Positions 9,073 through 17,698 of a stretch of 64,000 bases of DNA are shown here, piece after piece (position 1 is the first letter of the stretch; each line of letters begins with the position of its first letter). This DNA is from a virus. The notes under the pieces were generated by a model. The model made no database searches, was not told the DNA's origin, and saw only the letters and a list, made by a program, of their open reading frames with translations. The DNA lies in IMG/VR virus record IMGVR_UViG_3300035438_000341, positions 1 to 64,000 of that record. One strand, written 5' to 3'. The position numbers and the translations under genes are program-made.

Positions 9073-10335
9073 ATGGCTGACAATTTAGAAACTATGGGAA
9101 ACTTTAGTATCCAAGATACTATGGAAATGGGAATGGGTAACCAAGAACTATTAAATGACTTGTTTTCTCCTGAAACAGCATCCTCTAATCCAGAAGATGT
9201 AACTCCTATTATCAATGAGGCTGATGCACCTGCTGCACCTGCTAAACCAGAAGTTCCAAAAGGTAAGGACATTGTTCCTCCAAAGAGCGTTGATGGTAAA
9301 ACAGATGAAGAGAAACTAGAAGGTCAATCAATGATCTCTGATTTCTTAAGTGATAACCCTGATGATGAAGAGGAAGAAGCTCCAGTATCAAAAGTTGCAA
9401 AATCTGCAACAGTTGATAATGATGATGAATCTGATGAAGAACCAGAAACAACTCAGTTCACAGCTCTTGCTAATGACCTATACAAACTAGGAGTGTTTAC
9501 ATCTGAAGATGATGATACACAAGAACCAGTAACTACAGCAGAAGAGTTTCTAGAAAGATTCAATGCTGAGAAGAAAAAAGGTGCTAGTGAAATAGTACAA
9601 AACTTCATAGGACAATTTGGAGAAGATTATCAAGAAGCGTTTGATGCCATATTTGTAAAAGGAGTTAATCCAAAAGATTACTTCAATACATATAATAATG
9701 TTGTTGGATTTGCTGAGATGGATCTTTCAGATGAGGATAACCAAGTTAGAATAATGAAACAAGCTCTAACTAATCAAGGGTTTGAACCAGAAGATGTAGA
9801 GACAGAAGTTGAAAGACTTAAAAACTATGGTGACTTAGAAAGCGTTGCAGCTAAACATCACAAGGTGCTAGTTAAAAAAGAAGCATCTAAGTTACAAGAA
9901 TTAGAAGCTAAATCTGAAGCTGAGTTACAACAAAAAGCTCAAGTCAGAAATCAATATATAAGCAATGTGCAATCCATCTTAAATGATAAGGTGAAAGCAA
10001 AAGAGTTTGATGGTATCCCTATCAATCCAAAATTAGCAACAGAACTACAAGACTTCTTATTAGTAGATAAGTGGAAAACTCCTTCAGGAGAAACCCTTAC
10101 AGACTTTGATCGTGCTATTCTTGATATGAAAAGACCTGAAAACCACGCAATGAAAGTAAAGGTGGGACTCATCCTAAAGATGTTAGAGAAAGATCCAACA
10201 TTATCAGCTATACAAAGAACAGGCGTTACGAAAAAATCTAACGAACTGTTTGGAGAAGTTGCAAGACAAGTTACCAAAGCTAAGAGCACTGGTACAGGAA
10301 CAAGTAGTTCAAATACAAAATCGTGGTTTTCATAA
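9073..10335 (+). CDS. Scaffold-like acidic protein
   Basis: Acidic disordered N-terminus with helical C-terminus; lies between portal and MCP as in the crAss-like capsid module. Confidence 0.65.
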   Translation: MADNLETMGNFSIQDTMEMGMGNQELLNDLFSPETASSNPEDVTPIINEADAPAAPAKPEVPKGKDIVPPKSVDGKTDEEKLEGQSMISDFLSDNPDDEEEEAPVSKVAKSATVDNDDESDEEPETTQFTALANDLYKLGVFTSEDDDTQEPVTTAEEFLERFNAEKKKGASEIVQNFIGQFGEDYQEAFDAIFVKGVNPKDYFNTYNNVVGFAEMDLSDEDNQVRIMKQALTNQGFEPEDVETEVERLKNYGDLESVAAKHHKVLVKKEASKLQELEAKSEAELQQKAQVRNQYISNVQSILNDKVKAKEFDGIPINPKLATELQDFLLVDKWKTPSGETLTDFDRAILDMKRPENHAMKVKVGLILKMLEKDPTLSAIQRTGVTKKSNELFGEVARQVTKAKSTGTGTSSSNTKSWFS

Positions 10336-10364
10336 CAAATTAATAATTAATAAATTTAAATAAA

Positions 10365-11927
10365 ATGGCAGTTCAAACAATCCCTGGGTTAACTGGTTTT
10401 ACTTATGCTCGTGTAGCGTCTATGGACAAACGTGCAGTAGGTAAACTTACAGACTCGAATCACTTGGAAAGTTTTCACTCTACTGAGCCTGCGGACTATG
10501 ACAAAAAAATCATCAGTCTTTATACCCAAAGCTCATTGTATAGTAATGACTTTCTTGACATGATCAACAAAAGCACACCTTATTACATAGATAATAATAG
10601 TGATGCATGGAAATGGCAAGTATCAGTTCCTTACAAATTCCCAAAAATTATTGACATTCCTGCTTCTACGCAAGATTTAATCGAAACTGGTAAAACAGGT
10701 ATTGATGGTCAAGAATTCCAATTAGTATTAGATACTAATGAGTTCTCTAAAAACGCTATCGTTTCTGTAGGTACTCGTCAGTATGGTCCACGTTTCTACG
10801 TGATCAAAGATCCTATGCCTTGGAATGCAGGATATTTGTATTCATTTACATTGGTTACTGACAACCCTACGGTTGATTTCGTTAATCCTTTGTTCTTACA
10901 ATATGGTATCGAACTTGAATTAGTTGATGCTGCTATTGGAGAATTTGACCAAGACTTATTAGGTCTTCCAAGATTAGGTGAGCAAATCACAATGTTCGAA
11001 TCTTTAGGTTCTGCATATGGATATGAGCACAAAATCACAGAATGGGCTGATGATAAAATGATGGTTGATGCTTCTGGTAAAGCTCTTGACATTTTGGTAT
11101 ATGCTCCACAAAGACGTAACCAATTACCTTTAACTCGTAATGATGTTAAATGGGAACCGTTCATTGAGTTCTGGATGCGTAAATCTATGTTGGAATTGAA
11201 AGTTAAACGTATGATCTGGGCTAAACCAGGTACAGTTAAGACTAACGGTTCTAAACAAGAAGTTAAACGTACATCTGCTGGTGTTTACCACAGAATGAGA
11301 AACAATGGTAACTTAGTACAATATAACAGAGGTGAATTCTCTGCTAACTTGATTCGTTCAGTATTTGGTGATCTTTTCTACAGAAGAGTGGATGTTAAAG
11401 ACAGACGAGTTAAAATGTACACTAACGAAGCTGGATTCGATGTATTCCAACAAGCTTTGAAAACTGATGCATTAAATTCAGGTCTTACATTTATGGCAGA
11501 TTCTGGAAACAGATATATGCAAGGTGAAGGACAACACATTACTTACAACTTTGCATTTGATGCAATGGTTACACGTGAGACTGGTCGTGTTGAACTTATT
11601 CACTTGAAAGAATTAGATTTACCACAAACTAACCTAGAGTTTGGACAAAACAAAAAGAGCACTCCAGTATTTATGGTGTTTGATGTTTCTCCAATGGGTG
11701 ATGGATCTATGGTAAATAACATTAGAGAAGTACGTATGAAAGGTGCTCCTTCTATGACTTGGGGTTATATTGATGGAACTCGTCATCACTTAGGATTTGC
11801 AAAATCTCAAGGTATGAGCTCTGCTAACAAATTCCCAGGATATGAAATTTGGATGAAAGACAGATGTGATGTATTCATCGAAGATTTGTCTAGAACTGTG
11901 TTGATCGAGGAAATCCCACAATTCTAA
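10365..11927 (+). CDS. Major capsid protein
   Basis: 520 aa; position after portal and scaffold; strongly biased, high-expression codon usage (TTC, ATC, CGT, AAC). Confidence 0.88.
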   Translation: MAVQTIPGLTGFTYARVASMDKRAVGKLTDSNHLESFHSTEPADYDKKIISLYTQSSLYSNDFLDMINKSTPYYIDNNSDAWKWQVSVPYKFPKIIDIPASTQDLIETGKTGIDGQEFQLVLDTNEFSKNAIVSVGTRQYGPRFYVIKDPMPWNAGYLYSFTLVTDNPTVDFVNPLFLQYGIELELVDAAIGEFDQDLLGLPRLGEQITMFESLGSAYGYEHKITEWADDKMMVDASGKALDILVYAPQRRNQLPLTRNDVKWEPFIEFWMRKSMLELKVKRMIWAKPGTVKTNGSKQEVKRTSAGVYHRMRNNGNLVQYNRGEFSANLIRSVFGDLFYRRVDVKDRRVKMYTNEAGFDVFQQALKTDALNSGLTFMADSGNRYMQGEGQHITYNFAFDAMVTRETGRVELIHLKELDLPQTNLEFGQNKKSTPVFMVFDVSPMGDGSMVNNIREVRMKGAPSMTWGYIDGTRHHLGFAKSQGMSSANKFPGYEIWMKDRCDVFIEDLSRTVLIEEIPQF

Positions 11928-11983
11928 TAATAACAGTAGGCGTACAGCTTCCCATTATAGAACAGCTTATGTCTCTTTTTTCC

Positions 11984-12087
11984 GAGAAGAATCCCCTCAC
12001 CTCCTCTCCCTCCTAGAGGGGAAGCTTCTCAAACAGAGTGATGGATTGTGGTGTCCACAGTCGCATTCCATTCAATTGGGACACTCT
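11984..12087 (+). ncRNA. Structured intergenic RNA (two stem-loops) between MCP and tRNA
   Basis: GAGAAG..TCCCCTC/GAGGGGA..CTTCTC (11984-12030); AGAGTG/CACTCT enclosing GATTGTGG/CCACAGTC (12035-12087). Confidence 0.4.
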
Positions 12088-12091
12088 ACAA

Positions 12092-12162
12092 GGCGGTTTA
12101 GTGTAATAGGTAGCATATCGGGCTCATAACCCAATGGCCAGGTTCGAGCCCTGAATCCGCAA
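12092..12162 (+). tRNA. tRNA-Met(CAT), initiator-like, with stem mismatches
   Basis: GGCGGTT acceptor arm, D-arm with GG, GGG-CTCATAA-CCC anticodon arm, T-loop TTCGAGC; CCA not encoded. Confidence 0.75.
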
Positions 12163-12194
12163 CTAATAAACCAAATAAATTAAATTAACTACAT

Positions 12195-13163
12195 ATGGGT
12201 AAGACAGGCAAAATCTCTACGATCAAACGTGAGTATAACAGTTCGCAATTGCAAACAATGGACAGTGGGCTAGCACAAAAAGGAATGACAAGAATCCCTG
12301 GAACAGGAGTATTCAAATATCCTTACAAAGAATTAGATGGTAAGTACAGAACAGGATTAGATCCTACTGCTTCATACATTAGACGAATTCAGGATCCACT
12401 TGAAAAAGAACTGGAAATTGAAAGAGTTACTAAGCTTAAAGAGAAACTTGAATATGAATTAGGTGATATTGATTTAGGACCTCGTTCACAATTCTGGAAC
12501 TATGGACTTTCAACTTCTACAGATGACCAGACTCACGTACAATCTGTTAAATTAATGGATGGTGATAACTATTTTGATTTAGGAGTTCCTTTTCAAGAAA
12601 TAGCTTTTTCATGGTTGAGAGTACATCCAACGATTGCATCAAGTCACCAAGCTTGGGAAAGAGGTGAATATCCAGCAGAGACACAGTTCTATGTTGTAGA
12701 TGATGAGATTGAGAATGCAGTTATATACAAGAAAAAACAATTGATCAACAAAGCAATTGTATTGTTTGATTCACTAACTCCTGATAAGAAGAAAAAAGTT
12801 GCAAGACTTTTAGGTCTTCCAGTGACAGAAGAAACAAAAGAAGAGGTTGTGTACAACTTAGTAGATAACGTATTAAAACAAACAGAATTTAAGAATGGTA
12901 AGTATTCAGGATTAAATCCAGTTGAAGTGTTTAATAGATTTGCTACAATGAAAGATGACTTACTCCATATTAAAGATTTAGTTAAACAAGCAACAGCACA
13001 TTCAGTATATAGAATCAAACCTAATGGTAAGATATATGAAGGTGAATATGAGATAGCTAAAGATGAAGATGACTTAGTTAGATTCTTAGCTGATGATGAT
13101 AACCAAGATGAGTTGTTGATATTAGAAGGTAAATTAAAAACTAAAAAACTAGCTGCTGTTTAA
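12195..13163 (+). CDS. Conserved crAss-like capsid-module protein (function unknown)
   Basis: 322 aa; first protein gene after MCP in the crAss-like gene order. Confidence 0.7.
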   Translation: MGKTGKISTIKREYNSSQLQTMDSGLAQKGMTRIPGTGVFKYPYKELDGKYRTGLDPTASYIRRIQDPLEKELEIERVTKLKEKLEYELGDIDLGPRSQFWNYGLSTSTDDQTHVQSVKLMDGDNYFDLGVPFQEIAFSWLRVHPTIASSHQAWERGEYPAETQFYVVDDEIENAVIYKKKQLINKAIVLFDSLTPDKKKKVARLLGLPVTEETKEEVVYNLVDNVLKQTEFKNGKYSGLNPVEVFNRFATMKDDLLHIKDLVKQATAHSVYRIKPNGKIYEGEYEIAKDEDDLVRFLADDDNQDELLILEGKLKTKKLAAV

Positions 13164-13175
13164 GGAGCTAGTTTT
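13146..13175 (+). terminator. Possible intrinsic terminator overlapping the stop codon
   Basis: AAAACTAGCT...AGCTAGTTTT inverted repeat. Confidence 0.4.
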
Positions 13176-13191
13176 AAAAATATAAAAGCAT

Positions 13192-13923
13192 ATGATCCCA
13201 GTAGATAGTTTATTATATAAAGTAGATCAAAGACTAAATAAACTATCAACTAATGAGCACCAACAGATTCAATTAGAAGACAAGATCTTAGCTTTGAATG
13301 AGGCTCAGATTAAGTTGATAAAACAAAAGGTTGATGGTATAAGTGTTACTAGTGGATTAGGGCAAGATTCATTTAAAAAACGTTACGAAGATTTACAAAG
13401 TCTTGTAATGGATTACAGTCATCAACCCTTAACATTAACATTAAAGGATTCAAATATAAATCAATGGGTTGCTAATGTTCATCAGCTTTCACCAAAATAT
13501 ATGTTTTATGTAGATAGTTATCTACTAGCAGATAAAGGAAGATGTGAGAATAGAAAAATCTGGATAAATAGAGATCTTGCTAAACATGGTGATCTTCAAT
13601 TTATATTAAATAATAATCATTACAAACCTTCATTTGAATATCAAGAAACATTTAACATTCTTGCCTCTGATGAAATAAGTGTATTTACAGATGGAACATT
13701 TACACCAGTCACTGTAAACATAATGTACATGCGTTATCCTAATTACATAAACAAAACAGGATATATAATGTTAGATGGTAATCCATCTATCAATACAGAT
13801 TGTGAACTTGAATTATATTTAGAAGATGAACTTCTAGATCTTACAGTTCAGAATCTAGCAATGTATACAGAGAATCAATCTGCTGTTCAAAATGCAGCAT
13901 ATAGGATTCAAACAAACGAATAA
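13192..13923 (+). CDS. Putative head-tail ring (adaptor) protein
   Basis: 243 aa; ALNEAQ...YMRYP...ELLDLTV pattern of P22 gp4-like/crAss ring proteins; position. Confidence 0.6.
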   Translation: MIPVDSLLYKVDQRLNKLSTNEHQQIQLEDKILALNEAQIKLIKQKVDGISVTSGLGQDSFKKRYEDLQSLVMDYSHQPLTLTLKDSNINQWVANVHQLSPKYMFYVDSYLLADKGRCENRKIWINRDLAKHGDLQFILNNNHYKPSFEYQETFNILASDEISVFTDGTFTPVTVNIMYMRYPNYINKTGYIMLDGNPSINTDCELELYLEDELLDLTVQNLAMYTENQSAVQNAAYRIQTNE

Positions 13924-13947
13924 ACTATTAATTTAAATAAATAAACA

Positions 13948-15099
13948 ATGGCTGATTTTTCATTAACCACATTATTTGTGGTTCCAGTAGGGCAAGAACT
14001 TGTCCCTAGCTCTGGCTCAACTCAAGACCTTGACCCAGGTATTGTAGGTATTTTTAAAAGCAATTACGCAGTGGCTACTGCTCTTAACATTGCTACAAAC
14101 AATCCTTACTTCTACGTTGCACAAGGTAGAGAAAACACTTATCTTCAAGCATCTAAAAGATCTGATAAGATTTCTTCTACAGGAGCAAACGTAACTGAAT
14201 GGTACAAAGTAACAGGATGTCCAACTGCGGCAAACCAAATTACTGATGTAACTAACTTTACTGCACAATGTGGTGATGTAATCACACTTACACTTCGTGC
14301 TGACAGTTCTTATCTTAGAACTCTTTATTTCAACGGATTTACACGTTCAGTAACTATTCAAGCACCTTGTTGTGATTGTGGTGATGATCCATGTACTGAT
14401 GTTGATGCAAATGGATTGATTAATCAATTGATTGCAAAATTAACTGCACAAGCTCCTGGTATCAATCCTGACAACATTAGCTTGAACAAATTCTACACAT
14501 TTGAAAATGTAGGTGGAACTATTCTACGTATTACAGGAAAACCTTTAACAGTATATGGACAACCATGTGATGTTGCTGCGTTCCCTTTTGAATATGACAG
14601 AATGACTTTCAGAACTTTTGTATATGCTGGTCCAGCTACCACTGCTGACTTTATTGTTGCTGATTCTTGTAACATTGTTGCTGATGCTGTTATCACTCAA
14701 CGTTCTTCTTATGCTTCAGGACAAGCTGCAGAATTTATCCAATTGGAGAAAAACTTCTATAGCTACCAAGCAGGTTACTTGAAACACCTTTATAGAATGA
14801 ATGGTTACAATGAGAACTTTGAGTCTTATGTTTCTGCTGGTAAAACTTACAATAGCTACTATATCAAATTCAATGAATATGATAAGTCTGCTTACCAATG
14901 GGGTGATTATATCATGGAAGATTCTACAGTAATCATTGCTATCCCTCAAGGTGGTTCTGATCTTACTCAAGACTTTGAGGATATCTTAGTAGCTGCTTTA
15001 GGACCTGTTACAGATGATAATGATTGTGTAATCACAACCACTACTACATCAACTGCTGCGCCTTCAACAACAACCACTTCATCTACTAACATTCCTTAA
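13948..15099 (+). CDS. Abundant virion structural protein (auxiliary capsid-like) with Thr-rich tail
   Basis: 383 aa, beta-rich, high-expression codon usage, followed by a strong terminator. Confidence 0.6.
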   Translation: MADFSLTTLFVVPVGQELVPSSGSTQDLDPGIVGIFKSNYAVATALNIATNNPYFYVAQGRENTYLQASKRSDKISSTGANVTEWYKVTGCPTAANQITDVTNFTAQCGDVITLTLRADSSYLRTLYFNGFTRSVTIQAPCCDCGDDPCTDVDANGLINQLIAKLTAQAPGINPDNISLNKFYTFENVGGTILRITGKPLTVYGQPCDVAAFPFEYDRMTFRTFVYAGPATTADFIVADSCNIVADAVITQRSSYASGQAAEFIQLEKNFYSYQAGYLKHLYRMNGYNENFESYVSAGKTYNSYYIKFNEYDKSAYQWGDYIMEDSTVIIAIPQGGSDLTQDFEDILVAALGPVTDDNDCVITTTTTSTAAPSTTTTSSTNIP

Positions 15100-15131
15100 G
15101 GATAAGTAGAGAATAATAAATTCCTAGTATC

Positions 15132-15170
15132 AAGGGGAGATGAGTTTAAAAACGCTCTCTCCCCTTTTTA
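15132..15170 (+). terminator. Intrinsic terminator
   Basis: AAGGGGAGA-TGAG...CTC-TCTCCCCTT-TTTA. Confidence 0.8.
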
Positions 15171-15191
15171 TTAACCTTCAAACACAAACTC

Positions 15192-15755
15192 ATGGCAGAT
15201 TTAAAATTAGATATACTTGTAATACCTACATATAATGTATTTTCACTTGGAGTGATGGATGCGTCAACCTATTCAACAGATCCACCAGATGTTGAAAGTC
15301 CATCTATAAAAATAACTGTTCCTGGATTTAATCCTGTAACACTACCTTTTGATGTAAATTCATTTAATTTATACACCACTGCAAATCTTGGGATTACTGA
15401 AGTGGGTAGCGAACAACCTCTACCTGATGGAATATATAGATTACTATACACTGTAGCACCTGCATATTTAAATTATGTAGAAAGAACAATAATGCGTACA
15501 GAGAAAATACAAGAGAAGTTTGACAGAGCTTTTCTTCAATTAGATTTAATGGAATGTGATAGAGCAATTAAAACACAATCTACCGTTACATTAAATGCAA
15601 TCAACTTCTTTATACAAGGATCAATTGCTGCAGGTAATAACTGTGCAGAGTATGAAGCAAATAGATTGTATAATCAAGCAGATAATATGTTAAATACTTT
15701 TTTAAAATCTAACTGTGGTTGTTCAGGTAACAACTACCAAATTAATTTCAACTAA
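15192..15755 (+). CDS. Virion structural protein (tail hub/fibre-associated, tentative)
   Basis: 187 aa; LPDGIY motif and C-terminal CGC; structural context. Confidence 0.55.
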   Translation: MADLKLDILVIPTYNVFSLGVMDASTYSTDPPDVESPSIKITVPGFNPVTLPFDVNSFNLYTTANLGITEVGSEQPLPDGIYRLLYTVAPAYLNYVERTIMRTEKIQEKFDRAFLQLDLMECDRAIKTQSTVTLNAINFFIQGSIAAGNNCAEYEANRLYNQADNMLNTFLKSNCGCSGNNYQINFN

Positions 15756-15757
15756 TT

Positions 15758-16306
15758 ATGGCAAGTGGTATATATAAAATAACTAATGCTATAAACGGTA
15801 AATTTTATATTGGTAGTACAACTCGTTTATCTGCAAGAAAAGCAGAACATAAATATAGAACTAAAAATAGAAAAGGTAATTCAGCTATAAGAAGTGCTAT
15901 ATTAAAATATGGAGAAGATAATTTCATATTTACAGTTTTAGAAACTTTTGAATTTGGTGGATGGGCTACTAGAGAATACAAAGATGAAATTCTTTCTTCT
16001 AGAGAGCAATATTATATTGATACATTATCTCCTAAATATAATATTAGAAAAATAGATGTTACTAGATGTACAGGAGTATGTTCTGATAAACAAAGAGTTC
16101 ACCTTAAAAAAATAGCACAGTTACCTAGAAATACCTCTTCTTATAAAAAGCCAATTATTCAGATTGATAAAAATGGTAGTTTTATAAAAGAATATAGATG
16201 TGCTCAAGATGCAGAAAGTGAATTAAAATTAAATACTGGTTCTGTATCAAGAGTTCTTTCTAAAGAGTATTCACATACAAAAAATCATTACTTTAAATTT
16301 AAATAA
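15758..16306 (+). mobile_element. Free-standing GIY-YIG homing endonuclease with NUMOD1-like C-terminus
   Basis: GIYKITN...FYIGST..R...H...REQYYID...YN; C-terminal KPIIQ.D..G.FIKEY. Confidence 0.9.
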
Positions 16307-16312
16307 AATAAT

Positions 16313-16405
16313 ATGAGAGCACAATGTAATTCATGTGGAGCAAAGGTAGGATGTGGATGTCAATTAACAAATGGACTATGTGCTACATGCGCAGCTAAAA
16401 AATAA
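16313..16405 (+). CDS. 30-aa Cys-rich micro-protein
   Basis: Manual translation MRAQCNSCGAKVGCGCQLTNGLCATCAAKK; fills the intergenic gap; absent from ORF track. Confidence 0.7.
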   Translation: MRAQCNSCGAKVGCGCQLTNGLCATCAAKK

Positions 16406-16410
16406 TAAAT

Positions 16411-16767
16411 ATGTTAACACCTAGATTAACTAATTGTCCTGAGTGTGCAAACATTCCTGATTTATTAAAAAAGATAGATTGTAAGTTAGCAGAATATGCT
16501 AATGGTCTATACAACAATGTTGTATTTATGTTGAATCAAGTTGTTCCTGCTGGAGCAATGATTCAACTTTTGGCGTATAAAAGAATCCTTACATACAAAC
16601 AATGCAACCCTGATTATCTAAGTGATTGCTGTATGGACAAGATTGTAAGTAAGGTGATAAGATTAACATTAAACTGTAAAAGTACTTGTATATATGTTGC
16701 ACCTACAACAACAACAACGACAACAGTGAACTGTGCATTTACAGGCAGTGGTATTATAATTGTATAA
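16411..16767 (+). CDS. Cys-rich virion protein with Thr tract
   Basis: 118 aa; CPEC motif; PTTTTTTTV near C-terminus. Confidence 0.7.
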   Translation: MLTPRLTNCPECANIPDLLKKIDCKLAEYANGLYNNVVFMLNQVVPAGAMIQLLAYKRILTYKQCNPDYLSDCCMDKIVSKVIRLTLNCKSTCIYVAPTTTTTTTVNCAFTGSGIIIV

Positions 16768-16778
16768 AATCAAACAAA

Positions 16779-17684
16779 ATGACATTATCAATAATATTAA
16801 CAGTAGCTGATATAGACACAGGCCCATTTAATTTATATTCAAATGCAAATGGCTATGAACCAGCATTTGCAGAATTAATAGAAAAAAGTGTTTTATTAGA
16901 AGGATATACATCTACAGTTGTTCCTGATGGTACAACAAACATTAAAGTGCAATCTGTTAATGAGTTATGTACTAATTTTATACTACTAACAGTGGATGTT
17001 ACAACTAGCACAACAACTAGTACTTCTACTAGTACATCAACGTCTACTAGTACTTCTACTAGTAGTACAACCACTACAACTACAACTGTAGCAATACCTA
17101 GCATACTTATTTGTGATCAAAATTGGACAATTGAAAATCTTGATGTAGCCACTTACAATGATGGCACACCCATTCCTCAAGTGACCGATCCAGCACAATG
17201 GTCAGCATTAACTACAGGAGCTTGGTGTCACTATAACAATGACCCAGCCAATGATGCTATTTATGGCAAAATATACAACTGGTATGCAGTAGCGGGCATA
17301 CATGACACAGACCCCAACACTCCAAACAAAACCCTTGCCCCAGTGGGCTACCATATTCCAACCGATGCAGAGTGGACTACTGTGAAAAACTGTTTAGGTG
17401 GATTTAGCGTTGCAGGGGGTAAAATGAAATCAACAGGCACATCCCTTTGGCTCACTCCTAATGTTGGCGCTACCAACAGCAGTGGATTTACAGGTCTTCC
17501 AGGTGGGTATCGTCTCAGCAATGGTTCATTCGCCTACATTAATTACTACGGTTACTGGTGGACTTCGTCAGAGTACAATACTATATACGCATGGGGTCAC
17601 CTTCTGTATTACAGCGATGCTACCGCAGGCAGAAGCACCAGCGCTAAACTAAACGGTTTCTCTGTTAGATTAATAAAAGATTAA
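16779..17684 (+). CDS. Modular fibre/decoration protein: shared N-module + Thr/Ser stalk + Fib_succ_major (FISUMP)-like domain
   Basis: GPFNLYS module; QNW..ENL, YG.IYNWYAV, APVGYHIPT.AEW, GFTGLPGGYR, WWTSS, GFSVRLIKD. Start moved to 16779. Confidence 0.8.
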   Translation: MTLSIILTVADIDTGPFNLYSNANGYEPAFAELIEKSVLLEGYTSTVVPDGTTNIKVQSVNELCTNFILLTVDVTTSTTTSTSTSTSTSTSTSTSSTTTTTTTVAIPSILICDQNWTIENLDVATYNDGTPIPQVTDPAQWSALTTGAWCHYNNDPANDAIYGKIYNWYAVAGIHDTDPNTPNKTLAPVGYHIPTDAEWTTVKNCLGGFSVAGGKMKSTGTSLWLTPNVGATNSSGFTGLPGGYRLSNGSFAYINYYGYWWTSSEYNTIYAWGHLLYYSDATAGRSTSAKLNGFSVRLIKD

Positions 17685-17698
17685 TAAAATAAAACCAA

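Noticed and set aside
4318-11927. Introns or inteins in terminase, portal or MCP (common in crAss-like phages)
   Set aside because: ORFs are continuous and of expected size, with no intein splice motifs or embedded endonucleases seen.
16686-16778. Programmed frameshift joining 16411 and 16686
   Set aside because: The 31-codon extension is the alternative frame of a Thr tract. ATG 16779 has a good A-rich leader and matches paralog starts, and no clear slippery site is evident.
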